Of a stretch of DNA of 64,000 bases, positions 16,101-27,993 are shown piece after piece. Under the pieces are notes generated by a model, which was given only the letters and a program-made list of their open reading frames with translations, was not told the DNA's origin and did no database searches. The translations under genes and the position numbers were made by a program. The stretch's first letter is position 1, and every line of letters begins with the position of its first letter. This DNA is from Paecilomyces variotii (Eukaryota): NCBI GenBank assembly GCA_004022145.1, contig RCNU01000007.1; one strand, given 5' to 3'.

Positions 16101-16199
16101 ATATTATAGATAATATTATTAATTTTAATTATTATAAGTATTTCTTAAAATTAATTTTATAAATAGCAGCAGTAGAAATTTAAATACTATATAATTTTT

Positions 16200-17550
16200 A
16201 AGCCTGGCTATAATTTATTTTAGGCTTACTCCTTTTATTAAAGACTAGCTAAGAGATAAACTATATAAGTTTAAGAACTAGATTGCCTAGAGAGTTTAGA
16301 GATAAGGTTTATATATAGTTATAGTCTAGATCTTTTAGCAGTTATCTAGGTGTAGATAATCTCTAATATAATATTTTAGGGAGCTATAATAAAAGCAGGC
16401 GCTAGTTTTATAATATAATAAGCTATACTCTCTTTTGCCTAAATATCTAAAAGTACTTAAGTTTATTAAATTATATAATTATATTAAGGCTAATTTATTC
16501 TTCTATATAGGGCTTCTTTAGGGCTAATTATTATATTTTATAGCTAAGATAAGACTTAGAATAGGTAAGGGAAATTAAATATATTAAATAGGTTTTAAAA
16601 CAGTAGCATAAATTTTTATAATAAAGAATTAGTTTATAATATATTAGCAGTAACAATTCTTAAGATTTTATAAAAATTTAGTAAATTAATAATACTTATA
16701 ATTTAGGGGCTAACTATATAATAATATTTCTTAAAATTCTTAATTAATAGCTTACTTAAATAGGGTAAATAATATTTCTTTAGATATTTCTCCTTCTAAT
16801 ACTAGATACTAGAACTTAGTAAAAAAAATTTTAAATTCCTTATTAATTTAATAGAGATTAAACAGTTTATTATATATATTATTTATATAATTAGGGTTAC
16901 TAAATATATACTCTAAAATATCTAGAATCTCTTAATAATTGCTAAAAATATAAGTCTTATCTCTAATATATAGCAATACTTAGGTATAAGATATATTTTT
17001 TAAGTAATTAGTTATATAGGCTATATAGCTCTAAAAAATTAAAAATTAGTCTTAGTTAATTATTATCTTCTCTTAAATTTAGGCTATAAAGCACTAAAAG
17101 TCCTTTTAATTATTTTTAAATTTATTTAAGTTAAAGAGTCTTTTTAAAAGTTTAAGAGTAGAGGAAAATATAATAATAAGCGCTTTAAATACTTTTATTA
17201 AAATAGCTGCAGGTCTTTTAATATTAGGCTTAGATTTAAATATAAATAAAGGTATATTTATAATAGATATAACTATATAATAGGCTTAATCTCTTTTAAG
17301 AATAGCCTAAATATACTATTATTCTTTTTTTTAAAGTTAAGTCTTTTAATATTATTAGACGGCCTTAAATTTAATAACTTCTTATTTAAGTCTCTATTAA
17401 ATAGCGGCAAATTCTTATTAAAGCTCTTAGAAATATATTTTAATTTAATAATTTATCTTATTTATAGTAGTCTTAGCTTTATTAATATATTTATATGCTA
17501 GGTAATAATAATTATATTATTCTAGCCTATAGCTAATAGTAATATACTTA
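16200..17550 (-). pseudogene. gag: Gypsy gag relic with zinc knuckle; ends approximate
   Basis: 16356-16397 on the minus strand reads CFYYSSLKYYIRDY, which fits C-x2-C-x4-H-x4-C after reversing RIP. It lies between the 5' LTR and the protease. Confidence 0.8.
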
Positions 17551-17637
17551 ATAAATTCTCCTAGAGTTATTAGCAGAAATAAGGGAATTAGGGCAGGTAT
17601 TATTAATAATATTAATTCCTAGATTAAAGCTATATAG

Positions 17638-17892
17638 TATTAAGATATAGGCTTAGGAAGTAGATTAAAATAAATAGAATAAGATAGTTAATATTAGAAT
17701 TAGCTATAGAATCTTTATCTAGCTAATTTAAACTAGAATAAGCTATTATAGGCAGGCTTAGTAAATAAAACATAGCTTAAGGAACTTAAATTTAGATTAA
17801 GCTGTGCGTTAAAGATATCTTTGCGAGATTATATAATACCTTATATAAGCATTAGCTGGTAAATCTCTGTCTCTTATGCTAGCACTGTAACA
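17638..17892 (-). repeat. 5' LTR (255 bp)
   Basis: Direct repeat of 11949-12203, ending ...gctagcactgtaaca. Confidence 0.95.
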
Positions 17893-17904
17893 ATTATATT
17901 AATA

Positions 17905-17910
<6 letters not shown>

Positions 17911-17952
<42 letters not shown>
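17911..17952. repeat. (TA)n microsatellite, about 21 units
   Basis: Uninterrupted TA run. Confidence 0.95.
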
Positions 17953-17954
<2 letters not shown>

Positions 17955-20900
17955 GGATATATATATTCTATATATATATCTCTATATATACTATATAATA
18001 GACCTTAATATCTTAAATAAGCCTCTAATTACTTACTTGCTAGAACTTATATTAAAATAATTATCTTATACTTAATCTTATTATATTGCTATAATAATTA
18101 TAATTATATAGATTAAGTAATTTTTTTTTTATAAGATATAAAAGTTTTCCTCTATTAACTTTAGTAAAGATATTATTACTACCTTTTAATAAAATCTTAA
18201 TCTTTTATATAATTAGCCTCTTTTATAGTATAGTATTATTAACTTAATATTATTAATAATATAATTATAGAAATTTTTATTAAAATTATTAATAATATTA
18301 AATTAATAAGATTATATGCTAAGAGATAATAAATTATTAGAATTAATCTATTATCTAACTATAACTTGCTACTATATAGCTAATAATTTTCTCTATTCTT
18401 AATTAGCTCTATTAATAATCCTATTTTATTATAACGCCTAATAATATTAATAAATATAAGATTAAATAATTATTATTATTATTATTACTATTACTATCTT
18501 TTATATAAGATTTATAATATAAATATTTAAAGAAATTAGTTAGGGATTAATCTCTTTAATTGCTTTAATCTCTTATCTAATTCTTAATTACAGCCTAATA
18601 TTTATCTACTAGTTTTTTAATAGAGACCTCTAGAATAGAGTTTTTTTTTTTAGCCTTTAAGTATTTGCTTAGTCTCTTATATTCTTTATTAATTATATAT
18701 ATAAATAAAGCTTATAATTACCTATTTACTATAATATAATTAAAAGTTAATAGATATTAAATCTTAAGATAAGAGTAATAATTAATTAGAAAATTACTAA
18801 TAAAACTTAAAATTATTATAGGTTATTATATTTATTTTACTAGATTTAAAAAAGCTAGCTGTTTTAATAAGATTAGAACTAATAGATAAACTAATTATAA
18901 GAATTTATATTAAAATAATTAAGAAAAGCAGTTTATATAACCCTCTATATTAATTATTACCTTAAATAGTAATATATTTTTTATATAGTTATAGAAGTTA
19001 ATTATATATTATTAATAAAATTAGATAATTTTAGCTTATAAATTAAGAGTCTTATATTTTATATCTTTATTAATATTAGATAAAAAGAGTAATTAAAGGA
19101 GATAATAAATAGTAGATTTATTAGTTATTTTTTATTCTACGTGTATATTTATATTATATTACTATGTAATATAAAAAAAAAGCAATTAATAGAGAATATT
19201 ATAGTAATTAATTTTATATAAGATATCTTAGAGATTTATTAAAACTAATTATATAAGGAGAAACTTAGCTGCTTATTAATATTGGCTATTAGATAATAAT
19301 AGTAGTATATTTAGTAATTGCAGAGCTTTAGGGGCAAATTGCTTATTAAGAGTATTATTATCTTCTTTATAAAGTATTTAAGTTATATAATCTTATTTAA
19401 TAAGAGAAATTTATTAAGTCTTAAGTCTACTAACGCAATAGATTATTTTAATTAAATTATTAATCTAAGAATACTAATACTAGGAGATATTAGTAGTAAT
19501 TAAGCTAGGTTTTCCTTATAAGAGAATTATAGGTATATATATATTTAATTCGCGACTCTTTTAAATAAGCAAAAGTTATAAGTTAAAATAATAGCTAGGT
19601 AATTATAGTTAAATATTACTTATTATATAAAGAATAATATGCTTTATATTGCTATAAACTAATAAACTAATTTATAGAAAAGCTGTCTTAATTAGTAATA
19701 TATAAGACTTATAAGATTTTTTATTTAATAATCTGATATATTATATATTAGATATAGTCAGTAAATTTAAAATTATATTTAATATATTTAGCAAGAGTAA
19801 CTTATTAATCTCTATTATTATCGGGCAATATTAATAGTATATAGTTATTATATAATTAGCAGTTAAGCTAGTAAAGTAATATATCTATCTATAATTATTA
19901 TAGTTAATAGAAATTATTATAAGAGCTATTATAATAATATAATAGGAATTAAATACTATTATTATAGATATTATAAGCTTACTAAAATTTAATAATATTA
20001 TTAGAAAATTCTAGAAATTAATTAGCTAAGAATTATTATAATATAGCAATTTAATATTGGCTAGCTAAAAGCTTTATTAGTTATTAATTTACTATAAGCT
20101 ATTTAGTAACTATAGAGGTTTTAGTTAAATTAACTAAAGGGAATTGCTTAAAGACATGCTTAATCTAATCTATAGTCTATTAAGCTTACTTAAATATAGC
20201 TAGTTTATTAATTAATAATTAAAGATAATATTATAATTACTACTATTCTTTTATAGAATAAATAGCTTATATATAATATTTTAGTAATATTTAATAGAGT
20301 CTTTATTAAAAGCTATATTACAGCTATATAATATATTAATAGTTAATAGATTAATTATTATTATAAGATTCTAACTAAACTAGTAAGATATTTTATAATT
20401 AAACTTAAATTAATTTTAATAAATGCCCTTAAGTACTTTTCTATATAAACTTATTAGTATTAATATTAATTATTTATACTTTTTTAGTCTTTAGAGTATT
20501 AGTATTAATTAATAATTTCTTGCGCTTTATAGGGGTTAGACTTATTATATATAAAGATCTCTTCTACTTATTATAAAATAGTTTTATAGCTAAAAAAAAT
20601 AATTTAAATTTTCTAAGATATATCTATATAGAATATTATTAACTATCTTATAGTTTAATAAACTAATTTTATTTTAGTAAGATTAGGGCCTTTTAAGTCT
20701 TTATTCTAGACCTTTTTAAGTAATAATAATAATAGTAATATATATATTATACTAATCTATATTAAAGTATTAGAGAATAAGTCTATTTAGAAGAATTATA
20801 TATTAATATTATACTAAAATTTTTAAACAGAATTATTAGCTATTAAATAATAGTATATAATATAATTTTAAAAATATTATACTATTATACCTATCTGTTT

Positions 20901-21552
20901 AACTAATAAAGTTATTTAATATCTATTAGTAGAGGTTTATTAAGTTAGCTTTATAGCTTAATAAGCTAGCTATTTTATATTAAAATTAGTTATATATTTA
21001 GATAGGTATTTTATTATTAATTTACTACTTAAAAATTTTTTATCTAAAGGCTTAAAAAAGTAATTAATATTAAAAGGGCTTAGACCTGTCTAATAAAGCT
21101 AATAGATATAAGATTAAATTCTACTACCCTTAACTATTACAGACTAAGAATATTTAAAAAATTTTTAACCTATTAATATTATATCTATCTATATATAATT
21201 AGTTTATATATCTTCTTCTCTTTATTTAAAATCTATAAAATAGCCTAAGTCTTATTTATATTATAAGAATAATATTTCTATACTCTTTAGTTCTCTAAAG
21301 ATATATAAGATATATTTTTAATTCTTTAAATTTTATTCTATTTATTTAGTAAGAAAATATATTTATAGCTTATTTCTCTTATAAAGAATAAAGGGGTTTT
21401 TATAATAATATACTATATCTAATTAGAAAGCCTCGGCAATTTCTTAATTATATAGAAGTTTATCTAATATTTTACTAAAGTAGAATTATCTCTTAAAATC
21501 TTAGAAATTCTTGCTCTAATTGCTTTATATTAATATTATATCTCTTTAGTCT

Positions 21553-22110
21553 CTTATTACCTAGGTAAGAAAAATTCATTCTATTTTTATTATTACTTAT
21601 TATTTAAATAAAAAAAATTCTTTTTTTATTATCTCTTATTATTTAGATAAGAAGAATTTTATTTTTATTATTATTTATTATTTAGATAAGAAGAATTCTT
21701 TTTTTATTATCTCTTATTATCTAGATAAGAAGAATTTTATTTTTATTATTGCTTATTATCTAAATAAGAAGAATTTTTTTTTTATTATCTTTTATTACTT
21801 AAGTAAAAAAAATTCTATTTTTATTATTACTTATTACCTAAGTAAGAAGAATTTTATTTTTATTATCTCTTATTACTTAAATAAGAAGAATTCTATTTTT
21901 ATTATTGCTTATTATTTAGGTAAGAAGAATTCTATTTTTATTATTACTTATTACCCAGGTAAGAAGAATTCTATTTTATAGATTTTTTAGGTTTTTATTA
22001 TCTAGGTAAAAGAAGATTTTATTTCCCTTATAAGGGATAAAATTATTCTTACTTAAGTAATAAAAAATTTAGGAATTTTATAAAATAAAAGTATTTTTAC
22101 CTAGGTAAGA
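21553..22110. repeat. 39-bp tandem array, about 11 copies plus a degenerate tail
   Basis: Unit aagaagaattctatttttattattacttattacctaggt. Starts at 21844, 21883, 21922 and 21961. Confidence 0.93.
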
Positions 22111-22736
22111 AGTCTAAAATTAATAATTAAACCCCTTCTTTTATAGTAAATTAGTACCCCTAACCCGAACTTAAGGTACTTTTTTTCCCTAGTATATAAA
22201 CTACAGGTTAGCACAGGAAGAAGCTATAGGATACTTATTTATATACTAAGACCTCTAATAATTTATATTAACTCTCTATAGGTCTCTAGAACTACCTAGC
22301 CTATATTAAAGTCTTAGGTAATTAAACGGTGCCTTAAATAAGATACCGGAGAGTATTTATATATAGGAGATAGTTATATAGTTTAAACTCTTTATAAACT
22401 CTAGATAGGAGAGATTTAATATAGCTTAGTCTAGCATTATACCCTAGGATTTATATATACTAATAGTATATACTACTATAATAAGGAACTAAGTCTATTA
22501 GCAATTAATATAGTTATAAATAAACTCCCGGTAAAATTAAAGAATAGAGATAATTAAATAGCTATTATTATCCTAGCAAAAATATAGCCTTTAATTATTA
22601 TTAAAGCGGATTAAAAGAGCTAATAATAGATCTTGCTAATAATTATTGCCCTAGACTTATATAATATTAAAAAGCGTGCTAAAGGAGCTATTTACTAACT
22701 CTTACTCTATTTAAATATTTTCCTTTAGTATAATAA

Positions 22737-23423
22737 AGTTTTAAATCACTTAGTTTTAGATTAATAAATAACTAACTAATATAAATTTCTGACTATTAAA
22801 TTTCTTACTACTAGATTAAACTAAGTTTTAAATTAATAAATAACTAACTAATATAAATTTCCGATTACTAAATTTTTAACTACTAAATTTCTTATTATTA
22901 AACTAGACTAAGTTTTAAATTAATAAATAACTAATTAATATAAATTTTCGACTACTAAATTTCCGACTATTAAATTTCTTACTATTAGACTAGACTAAGT
23001 TTTAAATTAATAAATAACTAACTAATATAAATTTTCAACTACTAAATTTCTAATTATTAAATTTCTTACTACTAAATTAGACTAAGTTTTAGATTAATAA
23101 ATAACTAACTAATATAAATTTTCAACTATTAAATTTTTAACTATTAAATTTTTTACTATTAAACTAGACTAAGTTTTAGATTAATAAATAACTAACTAAT
23201 ATAAATTTTTAACTACTAAATTTCTAATTATTAAATTTCTTACTATTAGACTAGACTAAGTTTTAGATTAATAAATAACTAATTAATATAAATTTTCAAC
23301 TACTAAATTTCTAACTATTAAATTTCTTACTACTAAATTAGACTAAGTTTTAGATTAATAAATAACTAACTAATATAAATTTTCGATTACTAAATTTCTA
23401 ACTATTAAATTTTTTACTAATAG
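22737..23423. repeat. 87-bp subterminal array of element Z, 8 units
   Basis: Unit ctaagttttagattaataaataactaactaatataaatt..., containing three short aaattt(y)cgactact-like subrepeats. Confidence 0.95.
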
Positions 23424-24561
23424 TATTATAGCGTTAAATAAGCATTATAATAGCTATAAGATAGATTAAAGCTGTAGGAGGAAATAGTAAAATAAAACTA
23501 CTAATAGAACTATTAACCGCCTATTGTATTAAGAAGAGAATAAAAAATAAAGAATTTTAAAAATAAAAGCATTTAGATTTCTACCCTAAATTCTTCTTCT
23601 TTTTTTTTTTTAGCTTAAAGTTCTCTATTATACTGCCTTACTAGGTTAGATCTTTAATAAATTTAATTTAGTTTGCTTAAGTATAATATTACTTTAAGCT
23701 TATTCTACCTATCTTATTTTATTTCCTAGGCTTCTTATCCGAGTGTATTATACTATTTAAGAAGCTTACCTATTGCTTAATAAAATATTAGACCCCTAAA
23801 TTAAATCCTCGCTATAATAAAGCCTATTAATAAATCTAATTATTATTAGGATAACCTTAAAGATAGAGGTAAATAGCCTAAACAAGAACCTATAAAAGAT
23901 ACTTATTATATCTTATATTACTAGGATAATAGGCTAGAGAATATAATATTAGATAAGTTCTATAAAAAGCTAAAAGCAGACCCTATAGAAATTTAAAGAA
24001 TTTAATATTTTACTATTAATTTCCTCTAGAATAAAATTTATAAATTAAAGAATATTAAATACTTAAATAACTATAATATTAAATGTGAAAATAATAATAA
24101 TAATCTTACCCGCCAGCTTTACTAAAAGAAATACTATACTAAAAATACTAAATAGCAAGTTATAGAACTTATCTATAACTAAGAAAAATATAAGGAGGCT
24201 CTTACTAATATAACCCTTTATCTTAATTATAAAAATATCTTAAGACCTATAAGTAATTAACCCTAGCGCTCTATTAAACTATTTAACCTTCCCCTGTTTA
24301 TTAATAAAAAGGATCTTAAATTTAAAAACTAGCTATTATAGATTAAGAATAAGCTTAAGATAAATACTAATTATTATAGAAGTAAATATCTCTATATTAT
24401 ATATATTTAAAGCCGCCTGGGTAGAAAAGCTATAGTGTATATATTCTCTAAATTTTATAAAGATTTTAGCCTTTTCTTCTAGATAGCTAATAAGATCTTT
24501 AATTATTTCTAAGCCGTTTTCTATAACTTAAACTATTATTAGAATATAAAGCGCTATAATA
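23424..24561 (+). mobile_element. 1138-bp LTR-like + gag cassette (copy 1)
   Basis: Starts tattatagcg and ends agcgctataata. It interrupts an 87-bp unit and has the same length in all four copies. Confidence 0.8.
23790..24555 (+). pseudogene. gag: Truncated Gypsy-type gag N-terminal relic
   Basis: From 24268 the literal reading is RSIKLFNLPLFINKKDLKFKN*LL*IKNKLKINTNYY...YI*SRLGRKA. De-RIP gives KLPDPPLFTDGKDPKFEDWLLQIKNKLKVNADHY...YIQSRLGGKA, a typical fungal retrotransposon Gag motif. Confidence 0.85.
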
Positions 24562-27500
24562 ACTAGACTAGATTAAGTTTTAGATTAATAAATAATTAAG
24601 TAATATAAATTTTCAATTACTAAATTTTTAATTAGATAAAAATTCTAAACTAATATATAGCTTAAAGGCTCTGGCCCTATATTATCTATTACTAAGATAA
24701 CTAGTCTAAATATCTTACAATAGTTAATTTTGCAGTAGCTGTATTAACCTAAGAATCTATAGGTATATCTCTAATAACAGTTAAATACTAATATAAGTTA
24801 TAGATCTCCTTTAATTATAGCCTAATATTATAATCTAGTAATCTGCTATTATAAGATTTATTAGTTAGAAATAATTTAATAGTCGAAAATTTATGTTATT
24901 TAATAATTTATTAATCTGAAATTTAGTATTTTACTAGATAAAGCTTAGTAAACCCTACTAAAATTCTCGCCTAAATATTAACTCCCTATATCTTTATTAA
25001 ATTAGATTAGATCTAGATAGAAATTAATTTATTTTATATATCTAATTCGACTTTATAATATATTAAAAATTTAGCTTAATCCGACTTTATTTTACCGAGA
25101 TATAAGGGAATAAAGTTTTATTATTAAAAAATCTAAAATAAGAAGCGGTACTAGCCTATTTCAATTTTTCTACTATGGCTTACTAATTAAGGCAAAATCT
25201 TTAAACCTTAATAACTTACGCTACAGTAGACCAATCCAAAAAAGGAATATATATTTATAATCCTTAGAACGAGCTCTATCGATTAGTATATAGAACAATA
25301 TTAAATTCCCAAAGGGGAAGTTTACTTATATACGTGATTTTGCCTTATAGAAGTATATTATTAGTTTTATAAAGAAGTAAAAGGAATATAATTAGATTAT
25401 ATTATAGTCTATAATATCTTTACCTGCATATTTAAGGTCTAGGCAGATTTTATATACTTAGCCTTACTTCTAGATTTATTAGTAAATATATATCTTTAAG
25501 CATTTAGAAAGGATATCTTTAAGATAATAAAAAATATTATTAAGTGTTAAGAAATACTAAATAATAAGAAAATAGAAAAGGCTTATAATAGCAATATTCT
25601 ATTAACTCTATATAGATTGCATTTATTATTTAAAGATATTAATCTATTAATATTTATATATATAGTAACTAACCTAAAATATAGAATTTATAATATTAAG
25701 ATTTTATTTAATTTCTTCTAGGGATAAAAAGCTAGTAAAGATAATTAAAAATTAAAGTAAGAGCACTAGGGTAAGAAACTATATTATACCCTTTATAAGT
25801 AATATAGTACTATAATTATAGAGATTTATAGGCTTAGTTAAGTATAGTAATAGCGGGCAATACTTAAATATTGCTTTATTTATTCGCATTAAATGCTGCT
25901 ATTTCTTAATAATTAAATATTTTAGCCTAAATACTAGTTTAAAAAGTTAATAATATAAATAACTATTTATAGAGATCTATCTAGCTATTATAGGTATTAG
26001 AGAGATAAGTAATTTAAAGAAAGAGCTAAAAATATTAAAGCTATAGTTAATAATCTATTCCTTTTAATAATTATACCTTATAATATGCTTTATCTCCTAA
26101 TAACTAAATAGATATTTAGTAAGTATTTAATAAAACTACGGGTGCAATTACCTCCTTTACTAATTAACCTTAATACTTATCTTAATACTATTAGTAATTC
26201 TATTCTTATTAGTCTTATCTCTTTTCTTTTTATTAGTATATTAAATGGGCTAATTATAAAATAGCTCTCTGAAAATACTCCTCCTTAATAATAGCTTAGG
26301 TTATTTATAAAAAAGAATTATCTAAGAAACTAGGATAAAGTTTATATAGAAATAGAGTAGCTTATTAATAAATTATCTAGGATTATAAATAAGTAAAGAG
26401 TAGTTATATAGAAGAATATTTATATATTCTATTCTTATATAAATAAAGCTTTATTTTTAAAGAAATAAAAATAATTAGTTAATAATAATATTATAGATTC
26501 TTCTATTATAGATATAAATCTTAAAGGGAATTTTAACCTAGAAAGCTTTAAGTAAAGGTTAGCTTATATAATAATAAAACAGTAATATTATTATATAAAG
26601 TCTTATATAGTTAAGATTATAATAGACTTATATAATAAAAACCTTAATAAGCTAATAAAATACTAAAAGAGTTTTAAATAAATTAAGTAATCTGGAGATA
26701 AGCGCGAGTTATATAAAATATATAAGATATATAAGATAGAGAAATAAAGAGATAAGGAGCTAAAATAGTAATTTAATAAATTATTAAAATAGATTTATAA
26801 TAGCTAGAATAAATAGAATAAAATAGTTAATAAGGATTTTATAATATTAGAAAGTTCTTGCGGAAAAAAATCTTTACTTATTTTTAAATTTTTAGAGAAC
26901 TTATTATCTATAGAGAGCTTAAGAATTAAATATTAATTAATATACTTGCTAAAAGATATAGGTAAAAATACTTATCTTATTATTAGACCCTAATTAAATA
27001 GCTTTATATAGTCTAGATATAATCTTATTAAGAATACCTTCTTAAAGATATAATTAAGTAGGAAGAGTAGTTATTTCTTATATATATATAATACTATTTC
27101 CTATTATTTCTTAATAATATATTAATATTTTAATATTCTATCTCTATTACTTCTATTATTGCATAAGATATTATTTAACTAAAAAAAGGACTAGGTAATA
27201 AGAAGATTATAGGAAGAAATACTAATTCTAATAAAATATACTAGAACTATAAATATATTATATAATATAGATTAAAAACTTTTCTAAGCAGCCTATAATT
27301 AGAAGAAATAAACTATTCTATAAAAAAAGGGTATTTAACTAGAATACTATCTATAAAACTAGACTTTTCTACTATATAAATAAAGTAGTATTTTTAAGAC
27401 CTAAGTAGTATTTAGGGAGCTATTTTACTTAAAATACTTCTTATCTTCCTATTAATAATATCTATATATTCTAGTAATATCTCGCATAGTTAAGGGAGGT

Positions 27501-27944
27501 AGGTTTTAGAATAATATTTTAAGACTATATTAAAACTAATAAGGAGCTTAATAATATTTAAGATATATTAGTCGGCTTTTTTCTAGATTAGCTTATTGCG
27601 AACTATTCTTATATAGGTTATAAGTTTTTATATATAGAATAGGGGTTTAAAAAGCGCATTATAATAAGCTATAGGCCGGGAGAAAAAAAACTGCTAAACT
27701 ATATATAAACTTTATTAAACTATATTTATCCTTATTTAAGACTTATAATATTATTTTTATTATAGCAGGCAATAGTAATTATAATAAAAAGGGCTATTTT
27801 AAAACTAGAGATAGCTGCTTAATTTAATAGTTATATAAAAAAAAAAGTTTATTTTAATATTTAGGTCCTGCGTAAGAATTAGTATTATATTACTTAAATT
27901 CTTAAGGTCTTTAAACTAAGAAGAGGTATAGATATAATAGGGCT

Positions 27945-27993
27945 AGATAAAGAGGATAAAGAGGATAAAGAGGATAAAAAAGATAAAAAAGAG
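27945..27993 (+). repeat. 9-bp repeat gataaagag, probably a relic acidic (DEE) tract; counterpart at 48675-48712
   Basis: Four to five direct 9-bp units. Confidence 0.8.

Larger units (their letters stand above)
11949..17892 (-). mobile_element. Full-length Ty3/Gypsy LTR retrotransposon (chromovirus), RIP-inactivated
   Basis: Two 255-bp direct repeats. ATTAT on both flanks (11944-11948 and 17893-17897). The right end retains tgtaaca. The minus strand carries relics in the order gag CCHC, PR, RT, INT, chromodomain. Confidence 0.97.
1..22190. mobile_element. Unclassified RIP-ed repeat region (element X) hosting the Gypsy insertion; right junction at about 22190
   Basis: Fully RIP-ed but not repeated elsewhere in the window. 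Arrays at 3770-4790 and 21553-22110 share an inverted core motif. There is an abrupt switch into element Z sequence after ...ggtactttttttccct. It may be more than one element. Confidence 0.45.
22191..25351. mobile_element. Element Z copy 1 (terminal 3.2 kb)
   Basis: Colinear with about 32446-36074, 53333-56072 and 56142-59404. Ends gattttgccttataga. Confidence 0.9.

Noticed and set aside
17911-17990. (TA)n tract as a functional site or part of the Gypsy element
   Set aside because: It lies outside the TSD, and TA slippage is expected in RIP-ed DNA.
18900-21100. Possible transposase relic next to the 39-bp array
   Set aside because: No recognisable DDE, hAT or CACTA motif in the frames I tried.
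22158-22166. ccctaaccc as a telomere repeat
   Set aside because: Only 1.5 units, with no array.
22737-23423. 87-bp arrays (and the 36-45 bp arrays) as CRISPR
   Set aside because: Whole units repeat with no unique spacers, there are no cas genes, and the context is eukaryotic RIP-ed DNA.
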